Below, piece after piece: positions 48,701 to 60,199 of a stretch of DNA of 64,000 nt (positions are counted from its first letter, which is position 1; the number at the start of each line of letters is the position of its first letter). The translations under genes and the position numbers were made by a program. Source of the DNA: Macrostomum hystrix (taxonomy: Eukaryota; Animalia; Platyhelminthes); the NCBI GenBank assembly GCA_950097015.1, contig CATNEN010000034.1, positions 1,054,001-1,118,000 of the forward strand, given 5' to 3'. The notes below the pieces were generated by a model. It was given only the letters and a program-made list of their open reading frames with translations. It was not told the DNA's origin and did no database searches.

Positions 48701-51700
48701 ATTGAACTAGCATTTTAGCCCCCCCCGACCAGGAAGCATTCAAAATTTCCTAGCGATCTCAATGTCACAGCGCAATTCAAGTTCACAGTTGAATGAAATC
48801 GGGAACCGGAGTTTAAGCCTAGTCGATGTCACTAACTTAGTGCGAGCAATATATAGACTAGTACTCACAAGCCCCTGAATCAGTGACGTAATAACATGGC
48901 CCGATTACATTACTTAATGCACACTCTGCGCACAGTCGGTGCAGGAATTTTCAACCGCCGTAACCATGGAAACAACGACAGTCAGCTTCGACGATTGCAC
49001 GAAGTGTCTTCATCGCTGGCCATCTCAGCTGGGGAGGCTCCGGGCAGGCGCCGCCTGCTAGAGTCAGCCTCTGATCCGAACGCGACCTACTACAATTACT
49101 TGTGCGAGAGGGTCAATGCGAGCACCCGCACTGCGGTGGCCTGGGAGAATTGCGACGCAGAGAAAGCGACAGGGAATCTGGGCGGCTGGATTGTGCTGTA
49201 CATTGTGTGCACCATCATCATCTTCATTGGTGAGTGCGCAACTAACCATATTGTAATATATGCTGGAGGGCTGCCCGCACTTGCACATCATTTGTACACT
49301 GGCACACGCTCAGACTGGTGTCGGATGGTCTATAGGATCTGAGACCATTTTGTTATCATCGGGTTCATTATTATTGGGTTAGCCCTCTCGGGCGTAAGTT
49401 TTACAAGCCCACAAGCCCACAAGCGACTGCGCCTAAAATATTTTAAATGGACTCTAAGAGCCCAATTCGAGACGTTGCAGGGACATTGTGTTAGAGGCAA
49501 ACACGTTAACCGCCCGCTAAGCAAGTAAACCGCGAATAAAGGGGTCTGTGTCAGAGCGGTCAGAAACGAGCTCGATTCCGAGATGAGGCCACATTTATTT
49601 AAGGCGCAGCCGCGGAGAGAAGGCTTGGGGGCTTGTCGTGCAATTTACACCCTTGAGGGCCAGCCTCCAAGGCACAGTGAAGGACACTGCCTGACGATGA
49701 GAAAGTCAGGGCGGATGTACACACCTGTGTGAGCGTACGTCTGTGTACAGTATCAGTGTACGTGTGTGCTCAAGAGTTAGCGGAATGGGCAGAATGGCTC
49801 CTCGCTGGCTGCGGGTCTAGTGTCACCAAATGATGTGGCATTGCCCGCAGCCCTCCTGCAAATATTATTATTCTTGAGCCAGTATTAGATGATATTAGAA
49901 GATATGAAGATTTTAGGAAAAGTTATCCTCGTGCCATAGTTTAAGCCCTACATAAAATCGCACCTTGGTAAACTAATAAACTAAAAAGTAAACTGACAGT
50001 TACAAGCTTAGAAACCCAGACGCATAAATCATTTGAGTTCCAGTTATCCTATGCTCATGCGGCTTCCTTCCGCTGAGCTCACAGTGTGACCATGGAATTG
50101 CTAACTCAAACTATTATAGTAGAAATTTTCAAGGCAAATCACTGCCCATAGATTCTCATAGGATGGGGTGGGTCAGTTTGCTTGGCTGTGCTCATCCGTG
50201 GCTGAGCACACTAAAGGGCGAGTGTCTATGCCATGAGCCCCCCAGGCCATTAGGCCTCTTTAATGACGAGCCTGTGAGACCTGTCTTCTCTTACCTCTCC
50301 TCTCCCCCCTCTCCCCTCCTCGATCTCCGCCCTGATTCCAGAGAAGCCTTCTCTAGCCTCGTTGAGCAGAGCTGAGCAGCCTGAGGCTCCTCCTCTGTCT
50401 GACCTGAATAAAAGTTCCTGTTCAGAATCAGAATCATCTCTGACAGCGCGAGACTGGCTTGTCATAGCTGGCGATCAAAAGCATGTTTCATAGGCCTATT
50501 TTATCATTTTGACAATGAGGGCTTCCACTCTATATTCTGATAGTGAAGATTTCCTACGCCTGATTGTAAGAATCAGTTCGTTGTCTTGGCAACCGTCTTT
50601 TAGGTAAATGGGGAGCCGTCAACTTTGAGATCTTGAAGCCTATGTGATCCTGAATGAATCTTTAAGCGAACTTGTAGATTGTTGGCAGATCGCTTCAGGA
50701 TTGTCGTCAGATTTCTTCAGGATTGTTGTCAGATTTCTTCAGGATTGTTGTCAGATTCATTCAGTCAGATTCATTCAGAATTGTTGTCAGATTCCTTCAG
50801 GATTGTTGTCAGATTCCTTCAGGATTGTTGCAAGATTCCTTCAGGATTGTTGTCAGATTTCTTCAGGATTGTCGTCAGATTCCCTCAGGATTGTTGTCAG
50901 ATTTCTTCAGGATTGTTGTCAGATTTCTTCAGGATTGTTGTCAGATTCATTCAGAATTGTTGTCAGATTCCTTCAGGATTGTTGTCAGATTCCTTCAGGA
51001 TTGTTGCAAGATTCCTTCAGGATTGTTGTCAGATTTCTTCAGGATTGTTGCAAGATTTGTTCAGGATTGTTGTCAGATTCCCTCAGGATTGTTGTCAGAT
51101 TTCTTCAGGATTGTTGTCAGATTCATTCAGGATTGTTGTCAGATTCCTTCAGGATTGTTGCAAGATTCCTTCAGGATTGTTGTCAGATTTCTTCAGGATT
51201 GTTGCAAGATTTGTTCAGGATTGTTGTCAGATTCCCTCAGGATTGTTGTCAGATTCCTTCAGGATTTTTGTCAAATTCCTTTTTAGTTGTTAGCAGATTT
51301 AATTCAAGTCATATTTAACAACACTTTTCCAGCCGTGGCCATTGTGTGCGACGACTTCTTCGTGCCCTCGCTGGAAATCATCTCAGAGAAGTTGAAGCTC
51401 ACAGAGGATGTGGCCGGAGCCACCTTCATGGCCGCTGGCAGCTCAGCGCCTGAGCTTTTCAGCTCTGTGGCAGCCGTTTCATTCGACTCGGACGCTGGGG
51501 TTGGCACCATCGCGGGGTGAGTAGAATCTCCCCCTACCCTGTCTGATCTCACCCTACCCTGTCTGATCTCACCCTACCCTGTCTGATCTCACCCTACCCT
51601 GTCTGATCTCACCCTACCCTGTCTGATCTCACCCTACCCTGTCTGATCTCACCCTACACTGTCTGATCTCACCCTTCCCCTGTCTGATCTCACCCTTGCC

Positions 51701-54700
51701 TGAATGATCTCACCCTACACTGTCTGATCTCACCCTACCCTGTCTGATCTCACCTTACCCTGTCTGATCTCACCCTACCCTGTCTGATCTCACCCTCCCC
51801 CTGTCTGATCTCACCCTTGCCTGAATGATCTCACCCTACACTGTCTGATCTCACCTTACCCTGTCTGATCTCACCCTACCCTGTCTGATCTCACCCTACC
51901 CTGTCTGATCTCACCCTACACTGTCTGATCTCACCCTTCCCCTGTCTGATCTCACCCTTGCCTGAATGATCTCACCCTACACTGTCTGATCTCACCCTAC
52001 CCTGTCTGTTCTCACCCTACACTGTCTGATCTCACCCTTCCCCTGTCTGATCTCACCCTTGCCTGAATGATCTCAAATTTTTTTCTCACGACAAAATAAA
52101 CAAAAATCTCACTGAGCTGTCAATTAAGATTCTGATAAAAAAATGGACACTGCAGATCGGCTGTGTTCAACCTGCTGGTGATCATCTCCCTGACTGCCGC
52201 CTTCGCTGGCAAGGTGAGTTCAAATCTATTCGGTCCTAATGAATTCCCGAGCTCTTTTTACCTCGAGACTTACGAATGCAATGGCGGTCCGTCAAATCCA
52301 AGCTAGCGGCCCGTCTAATCCAAGCTAGCGGCCCGTCAAATCCAAGCTAGCGGCCCGTCTAATCCAAGCTAGCGGCCCGTCAAATCCAAGCTAGCGCCCC
52401 TCCAAATCCAAGCTAGCGGTCCGTCAAATCCAAGCTAGCGCCCCTCCAAATCCAAGCTAGCGGCTCGTCAAATCCAAGCTAGCGGTCCGTCAAATCCAAG
52501 CTAGCGGCCCGTCAAATCCAAGCTAGCGGCCCGTCAAATCCAAGCTAGCGGCCCGTCAAATCCAAGCTAGCGGCCCGTCAAATCCAAGCTAGCGGCCCGT
52601 CAAATCCAAGCTAGCGGCCCGTCAAATCCAAGCTAGCGGCCCGTCAAATCCAAGCTAGCGGCCCGTCTAATCCAAGCTGGCATCCCTCTAAATCCAAGCT
52701 GGCATCCCTCTAAATCCAAGCTGGCATCCCTTTAAATCCAAGCTGGCATCCCTCCGAATCCAAGCTGGCATCCCTCCAAATCCAAGCTGGCATCCCTCCA
52801 AATCCAAGCTGGCATCCCTCCGAATCCAAGCTGCCATTTCTCCAAATCCAAGCTGGCATCCCTCCGAATCCAAGCTGGCATCCCGTCCGAATCCAAGCTG
52901 GCGCCCGTCCAAATCCAGGCTGCATCTCTCCGAATCCAAGCTGGCGCCCCTCCAGATAAAACGTGGCAACCCTCAATAAATGTCCTGGCCACGTGACTGC
53001 CTGTAAGCTAATGAAGCCCCGGATTCGAACTCGGTAACCTTGGTGCTATAATATCCTTGTCGCAGATTCTTCACCTCGACTGGAGACCCCTGGCTCGCGA
53101 CTCCATCTTCTATCTGATCTCCATCGCCTACTTCATTGTCATGATGTATGACACAGTAGTGCAGATCTGGGATGCAGTTGTACTGTTGGTTCTCTACGCA
53201 ATCTACATTGTCATCATGGTGCTGAATCCGCGGCTGATGGACAAACTCGCCGAGCTGGAGAAGAAGTGTCTCTGCCATTGGTTAGACAGAATTTCGCTTT
53301 GCTTTACTGGAGCAATTAAATTGCCTCAGGTCTATTCAGAGAAATATTCTGCACACACATGTTAGACGCGAGTTTGAACAGTGAGACACAATAAAAACAT
53401 GTTAGACGCGAGTTTGAACAGTGGGACACAATAAAAACATGTTAGACACGAGTTTGAACAGTGGGACACATAAAAAACATGTTAGACACGAGTTTGAACA
53501 GTGGGACACAATAAAAACATGTTAGACACGAGTTTGAACAGTGGGACACAATAAAACATGTTAGACACAAGTTTGAACAGTGGGACACAATAAAAACATG
53601 TTAGACACGAGTTTGAACAGTGGGACACAATAAAAACATGTTAGACACGAGTTTGAACAGTGGGACACAATAAAAACATGTTAGACACGAGTTTGAACAG
53701 TGGGACACAATAAAAACATGTTAGACACGAGTTTGAATAGTGGGACACAATAAAAAAATGTTAGACACGAGTTTGAACAGTGAGACACAACAAATTGGCC
53801 TTCAGAGAGTCAGAATTCTAAAGCGGCAGGATACTGCTCACATTTTCAGCCGGGTTCAGCCAGCCGAAGAGGAGCAACAAGTGGAACCGGTTGCCGAGGA
53901 ATCCGAAGCTGATACGGGACGGAGGGTGAGACTGCGGGGGAAAGGGAGGGTAAGACTGCGGGGGGAGAGGGAGGGTAAGACTGCGGGGGGATGGGTGGGT
54001 GAGACTGCGGGGGAGAGGGAGGGTGAGACTGCGGGGGAGAGGGAGGGTGAGACTGCGGGGGATGGGTGGGTGAGACTGCGGGGGATGGGTGGGTGAGACT
54101 GTGGGGGAGAGGGAGGGTGAGACTGCGGGGGATGGGTGGGTGAGACTGTGGGGGAGAGGGAGGGTGAGACTGCGGGGGAGAGGGAGGGTGAGACTGCGGG
54201 GGATGGATGGGTGAGACTGCGGGGGATGGGTGGGTGAGACTGCGTACTGCATTGACGGGAGTAAGCCTGTGAAGTGAGGACAGTTGAATGATGGACATCT
54301 GCACCCTCCGCAGGCCTCCGTGCTGTCCGCAGCCAGCGCGCACAGCCTGGAGAAGCGGCAGTTCCGTCACGATCGCCGGAACTCGGTGCTGCTAAACCTG
54401 CACAGCTCGCCATCCGGAATGCGCACTGAACGGAGGGGCAGCGTGGCGCAGTCCACTGTGAGTACCTTCAGGCTGTTAGCTATCTTCTTCAGGCTGTTTG
54501 CTATCCTCTTCAGGCTGTTTGCTATCCTCTTCAGGCTATTAGCTATCCTCTTCAGGCTGTTTGCTATCCTCTTCAGGCTGTTTGCTATCCTCTTCAGGCT
54601 ATTAGCTATCCTCTTCAGGCTGTTTGCTATCCTCTTCAGGCTGTTAGCTATCCTCTTCAGGTTATCAACTATCTTCAGGGCCTTTGTCTACTCTACACTC

Positions 54701-57700
54701 TCGTTATTAGGGTATGCATCATTATCTTCCCATCCACTCTCCACTTTGGCTATCTTCGTCGGGGTATTATTAGTAATAGTCTATTGGCTGACCAGCAGGT
54801 ATGCACACCCTTTAAATGCACATTCGTCCCTGCGCTGTCGCGCCTCGTAGCCACCTCACTCCTTGCTCTTTACTCTCCATATTCTCCTATTGGCTGACCA
54901 GCAGGTATGCACACCCTTTAAATGCACATTCGTCCCTGGGTTGTCCCGCCTCGTAGCCACCTCACTCCTTGCTCTTTACTCTCCATATTCTCCTATTGGC
55001 TGACCAGCAGGTATGCACACCCTTTAAATGCACATTCGTCCCTGGGTTGTCCCGCCTCGTAGCCACCTCACCCCTTGCTCTTTACTCTCCATATCCTCCT
55101 ATTGGCTGCCCCACTGTCTAAAAGTACATTCGCGTCCACTGGTCGCGAATGTCGGAAGGTCTAATTTATACGCTCGTATTTAAAGCTAGTTTAACTCAGT
55201 AAAATAGGAAGTCGCTTAAAATACGTTCCTCCTCAGATTTTGGAGTCTTGCATCATTCCCGAGGAAAAAAAGCAGGAGGAAGTGGACCTCGGCACGCACG
55301 AAGTCACATTTCAGTTTCAGGAATTTGAGACCTCCACAGTGAGATTCGCGTTAATGAAGCCAATCGTAAAAAACGAGTTTCTCTCTCATACATTGCCTGC
55401 TAAATCTTCAATGACATGTGTACTATGAGTAGCTGTTGCGAATTTCTAATAATCTAATAATCTAATAATCTAATTTTTACTGATAATCTAATTGAATTTG
55501 ATACTGCAGCTTTTGTTTGGTTTGACTTGTCTAAAAATCGCTTTTTATAATATTATAGCTATTCATCAGTAGTTTGTCTTAGTAATAAAAAACCTAAAAG
55601 GTTGGGCACTCAAAAACGCACCAGATTGCGACCGAGGCAGCTGCAGCCTTAAGTACATCAATCCGTTGCGACAGCGGCGTTGGCGCTGGCAGCGACTCCT
55701 GCAGACCGTCATCGGCCGAATCAGCGGGAGACGTGCAAAAGGAAGGAGACTCTGGTGACCGACGGCGGAGGCCGCGGCGGCTGCCTCAAAAGCCGGTGCC
55801 CGACGGGGCGATCGGGGAGCTTGGGCTGAACGGTCAGCGACAGGTCCTGGTCAGTCGACACTCGTTGCCACCGTTGCGCCTTAACCAGGCGCCTGTTCTT
55901 CAGCAGCAACAGCAGCAGCAGCTGGACACCCTGCCGCCCATTCACCTTCAGCAACTGCGCAATCAGGGCCAGCAGCTCTGTCGACCACCTTTTGAGGTTG
56001 CCGAACTTTTGGAATCCGACTTGAAGCTCCCAAGGGTCCTTCAACTGGCCGCAACCTCACTGGGTCCTTCAACTGGCCGCAACCTCACTGGGTCCTTCAA
56101 CTGGCCGCAACCTCACTGGGTCCTTCAACTGGCTGCAACCTCACTGGGTCCTTCAACTGGCCGTAACCTCACTGGGTCCTTCAACTGGCTGCAACCTCAC
56201 TGTGTCTTTCAACTGGCCGCAACCTCACTGGGTCCTTCAACTGGCCGCAACCTCACTGGGTCCTTCAACTGGCTGCAACCTCACTGGGTCCTTCAACTGG
56301 CTGCAACCTCACTGGGTCCTTCAACTGGCCGCAACCTCACTGGGTCCTTCAACTGGCTGCAACCTCACTGGGTCCTTCAACTGGCTGCAACCTCACTGGG
56401 TCCTTCAACTGGCCGCAACCTCACTGGGTCCTTCAACTGGCCGCAACCTCACTGGGTCCTTCAACTAGCCGCAACCTCACTGGGTCCTTCAACTGGCTGC
56501 AACCTCACTGGGTCCTTCAACTGGCTGCAACCTCACTGGGTCCTTCAACTGGCCGCAACCTCACTGGGTCCTTCAACTAGCCGCAACCTCACTGGGTCCT
56601 TCAACTAGCCGCAACCTCACTGGGTCCTTCAACTGGCTGCAACCTCACTGTGTCCTTAAATCGGATCCTTCGAAACATGCCTAGGCAAACTTTTATTTCC
56701 GCTTGAGGCGGTACAGCTAACTCACTCTAACGAATATGAAAGAAAAGTTCAACGAAAAATGCTCCCAGCTTCTTTGTTAGAAAAGTCAAAACATTGCATC
56801 TTTCAGTCCACGCTGAAAGAAGAGGACCCGGCTGCTGGCGCGAGCAACAGCGACATTTTTGCTAACGGAAGCAGCAATGCCAGGAAGAGGCCGGACAGCA
56901 AAACTGGAGGCGAAGGCGACGGCGATAGAGAAGGCGATGACGACGATGACGATGAAGACGCCAGGATCAAGTGCTGCAGCTGCTGCTCCTGCTGCCCGGA
57001 CATCCGTGGCGCTCCGCCGACGAAGTCAGAAACAATGACGCCGGCCAAGTGGGCTGTCTATGTGCTGAAGTGGATCGTCTTTGTGCTGGCCTTCCCATTC
57101 CTGTGCTTGTTCAGCTGGACCATTCCCGAGTGCTCAAAGGAGCACCTCAAGTGAGCTCGCGGGATGACTGAGCAGGGCGCACAGACAACATTGTCTGGGG
57201 GGTAGCTGTAAAAGTACATCACAAGCGCACCTTCAACTTCTACAGAAAATACTTCATAGCCAGCTTCTTGATGTCGGTGCTGTGGATCGCTGCCCTGTCC
57301 TTCGGCATGGTGACTGTGGTGGCCAGGCTGGGCTGCCTGCTCGGAGTTGACACTTTCGTGATGTCCCTGGTGGTGCTAGCAGCTGGCACCAGCGTGCCGG
57401 TGAGGGCCCAGCTGCTCATATTGACAGGTTTGATTGGTTTAGACTCACAAGCAGCTCACCAACCTTCTCTAAAATGCCGCTCAGGATCTGCTCAGCTCCA
57501 TCATCGTTGCCAGGGATGGCTTTGGCGACATGGCCGTGTCGAACGCCATCGGCTCCAACGTGTTCGACATCAACATGGGCCTCGGCCTGCCGTTCTTCAT
57601 CCGGCTCTGCATCAACAAGATTGTTCCGCTGGACATGTTCAGCGACAATGAGAGGGTGAGCTGCGGACCAAGGACACCCCACAGGACACCCACTGTGCCT

Positions 57701-58297
57701 GACACTACCCTGTCCCGGACTCCAATCCACGGGACACCCACTGTCCCAGACTCCAATCTACGGGACACCCACTGTCCCAGACTCCAATCCACGGGACACC
57801 CACTGTCCCAGACACCAATCCACGGGTCACCCACTGTCCCAGACACCAATCCACGGGTCACCCACTATCCCAGACACCAATCCACGGGACACCCACTGTC
57901 CCAGACACCAATCCACGGGACACCCACTGTCCCAGACTCCAATCCACGGGTCACCCACTGTCCAATCCACGGGTCACCCACTGTCCCAGACTCCAATCCA
58001 CGGGACACCCACTGTCCCAGACTGCAATCCACGGGACACCCACTGTCCCAGACACTAGTAGCCCACTAGCCACAACAATCCGCATTGCAGAGAAGCTACT
58101 GCGAAGGCCACATGAAGATGATTCCACACGTCAAATTCGGTATTATTCTAATCATACTGCTAGTGATCGCTATTGCAGTGATCGGAATTGCCAGATTCCG
58201 TCTAGGCAAGATCATTGGCGTATCGTTCTTCATCCTGTACATAGCGTTCCTAGTGTACGCGTTCTGTCAGGAATTTCTCTGCAACTACGACTGCTGA
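45785..58297 (+). CDS. SLC24A: K+-dependent Na+/Ca2+ exchanger (NCKX, SLC24 family). Firm exons: 48936-49229, 51333-51516, 52156-52213, 53066-53280, 53850-53925, 54284-54457, 56807-57150, 57246-57399, 57485-57655, 58091-58297. Probable exons: 45785-45932 (signal/TM0), 55237-55338, 55625-~55996
   Basis: Alpha-1 repeat [20 protein letters not shown]...GTIAGSAVFN; alpha-2 repeat LAAGTSVPD...[15 protein letters not shown], with the Asp after GTSVP associated with K+ dependence; WRPLARDS motif; exon phases are consistent. The first exon and loop exons are less certain. Confidence 0.88.
45935..46137. repeat. 14-bp array just after the putative NCKX exon-1 donor
   Basis: Unit GATCTGAGATGTGG. Confidence 0.96.
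46205..47909. repeat. ~60-bp tandem array (~28 copies) with variable T-run
   Basis: Unit AGCTAGTCATGCAGTCAAGGTG(T)5-8ACAGACGCACTAATCTCTGCACCATAATTATC. Confidence 0.98.
49541..49872 (+). mobile_element. tRNA-derived SINE, near full length (copy 6), in an NCKX intron
   Basis: GGGGTCTGTGTCAGAGCGGT...GAGCTCGATTCC...CTGACGATGAGAAAGTCAG...CCAAATGATGTGGC...GCCCTCCTGCAAATATTATTATT; short deletion in the tRNA head. Confidence 0.85.
50695..51265. repeat. 22-bp array
   Basis: Unit TCAGGATTGTTGTCAGATTYCT. Confidence 0.96.
51535..52075. repeat. 21-bp array in an NCKX intron
   Basis: Unit CCCTACCCTGTCTGATCTCAC, starting ~19 nt after the donor at 51517. Confidence 0.96.
52290..52950. repeat. 22-bp bipartite array in an NCKX intron
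   Basis: AAATCCAAGCTAGCGGCCCGTC switches to AAATCCAAGCTGGCATCCCTCC near 52670. Confidence 0.96.
53355..53790. repeat. 40-bp array (~11 copies) in an NCKX intron
   Basis: Unit ACATGTTAGACACGAGTTTGAACAGTGGGACACAATAAAA. Confidence 0.97.
53920..54244. repeat. G-rich 24-25-bp array beginning at an NCKX splice donor
   Basis: Units GGGTGAGACTGCGGGGGAGAGGGAG / GGGTGAGACTGCGGGGGATGGGT. Confidence 0.95.
54466..54680. repeat. 21-bp array
   Basis: Unit CTTCAGGCTGTTTGCTATCCT, ~9 nt after the donor at 54458. Confidence 0.95.
54781..55110. repeat. 106-bp unit, three tandem copies
   Basis: CTATTGGCTGACCAGCAGGTATGCACACC... starts at 54781, 54887 and 54993. Confidence 0.95.
56033..56655. repeat. 28-bp array (~22 copies)
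   Basis: Unit TCCTTCAACTGGCYGCAACCTCACTGGG. Confidence 0.97.
57670..58055. repeat. 31-bp array in the last NCKX intron
   Basis: Unit CGGGACACCCACTGTCCCAGACACCAATCCA. Confidence 0.94.
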
Positions 58298-58504
58298 TAG
58301 ACCTGCTGCACTAGGCTGAACAAAATCAGCTTAGCAACTAGCTTTTGCTTGGATTTGACCGCATGGCGTGGCACTAATATGTCCTCAATAGATGCCATTG
58401 ACACTTTGCTTTAGTTTGTTTATATTTTGCTACTTAAATGACTTGTAGCACGAGCTATGCTTTTTCTGATGCTTTGCAATTCAATAGGATTTGCAGGAAG
58501 TATA

Positions 58505-59905
58505 GAATTGGCTATTTTTTAATGACAGGGAGGATGGGATTGGCTACTGAATGACAGGGAGGATGGGATTGGCTATTTTTGAATGACAGGGAGGATGGGA
58601 TTGGCTATTTTTGAATGACAGGGAGGATGGGATTGGCTATTTTTGAATGACAGGGAGGATGGGATTGGCTACTGAATGACAGTGAGGATGGGATTGGCTA
58701 CTGAATGACAGTGAGGATGGGATTGGCTATTTTTGAATGACAGGGAGGATGGGATTGGCTATTTTTGAATGACAGGGAGGATGGGATTGGCTACTGAATG
58801 ACAGGGAGGATGGGATTGGCTACTGAATGACAGTGAGGATGGGATTGGCTACTGAATGACAGTGAGGATGGGATTGGCTACTGAATGACAGTGAGGATGG
58901 GATTGGCTACTGAATGACAGTGAGGATGGGATTGGCTACTGAATGACAGTGAGGATGGGATTGGCTACTGAATGACAGTGAGGATGGGATTGGCTACTGA
59001 ATGACAGTGAGGATGGGATTGGCTACTGAATGACAGTGAGGATGGGATTGGCTACTGAATGACAGTGAGGATGGGATTGGCTACTGAATGACAGTGAGGA
59101 TGGGATTGGCTACTGAATGACAGTGAGGATGGGATTGGCTACTGAATGACAGTGAGGATGGGATTGGCTACTGAATGACAGTGAGGATGGGATTGGCTAC
59201 TGAATGACAGTGAGGATGGGATTGGCTACTGAATGACAGTGAGGATGGGATTGGCTACTGAATGACAGTGAGGATGGGATTGGCTACTGAATGACAGTGA
59301 GGATGGGATTGGCTACTGAATGACAGTGAGGATGGGATTGGCTACTGAATGACAGTGAGGATGGGATTGGCTACTGAATGACAGTGAGGATGGGATTGGC
59401 TACTGAATGACAGTGAGGATGGGATTGGCTACTGAATGACAGTGAGGATGGGATTGGCTACTGAATGACAGTGAGGATGGGATTGGCTACTGAATGACAG
59501 TGAGGATGGGATTGGCTACTGAATGACAGTGAGGATGGGATTGGCTACTGAATGACAGTGAGGATGGGATTGGCTACTGAATGACAGTGAGGATGGGATT
59601 GGCTACTGAATGACAGTGAGGATGGGATTGGCTACTGAATGACAGTGAGGATGGGATTGGCTACTGAATGACAGTGAGGATGGGATTGGCTACTGAATGA
59701 CAGTGAGGATGGGATTGGCTACTGAATGACAGTGAGGATGGGATTGGCTACTGAATGACAGTGAGGATGGGATTGGCTACTGAATGACAGTGAGGATGGG
59801 ATTGGCTACTGAATGACAGTGAGGATGGGATTGGCTACTGAATGACAGGGAGGATGGGGTTGGCTACTGAATGACAGGGAGGATGGGATTGGCTGCTGAA
59901 TGTGT
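58505..59905. repeat. 29-bp array (~47 copies) downstream of the NCKX stop
   Basis: Unit GAATGACAGTGAGGATGGGATTGGCTACT; older 32-bp variants at the left end. Confidence 0.98.
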
Positions 59906-60199
59906 ACAGTAGGCTACTAACTGGATTAAACTGTTGAGAAGCCACAGTTACAAACTACTGTACCTCTGAAAATCTTTCCTGCACAATTATCTTTTTCCTG
60001 TCCACTATTTTTTCAATAAAAGTAGTAATAACTGTACTCTCTTTATTTGATTTGAGCAGGCCTTACAAATAAGCGCCCAGTGTTCCCAGCGGCTTCATCT
60101 GCTGACAATTTATTATCTGAGTTTTTTAAGATTTCAATACTAATTCTTTTATATAATAAAAAAAAAAAAATTCCTGAAATTTAAAGCAAAAAACTGCCT

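Noticed and set aside
49685-49720. CTGACGA...GAAA in the SINE resembling a hammerhead ribozyme core
   Set aside because: Only 3 nt separate CTGACGA from GAAA (no stem II), other copies read CTGACAA, and the segment is better explained as a simple hairpin.
50085-50450. Solo-LTR-like segment ending AATAAAAG...CTGACA
   Set aside because: No second copy, TSD or convincing primer-binding site in the window.
60155-60170. AATAAA plus A13 run suggesting a retrocopy tail
   Set aside because: No upstream retroposed body or target-site duplication is evident.
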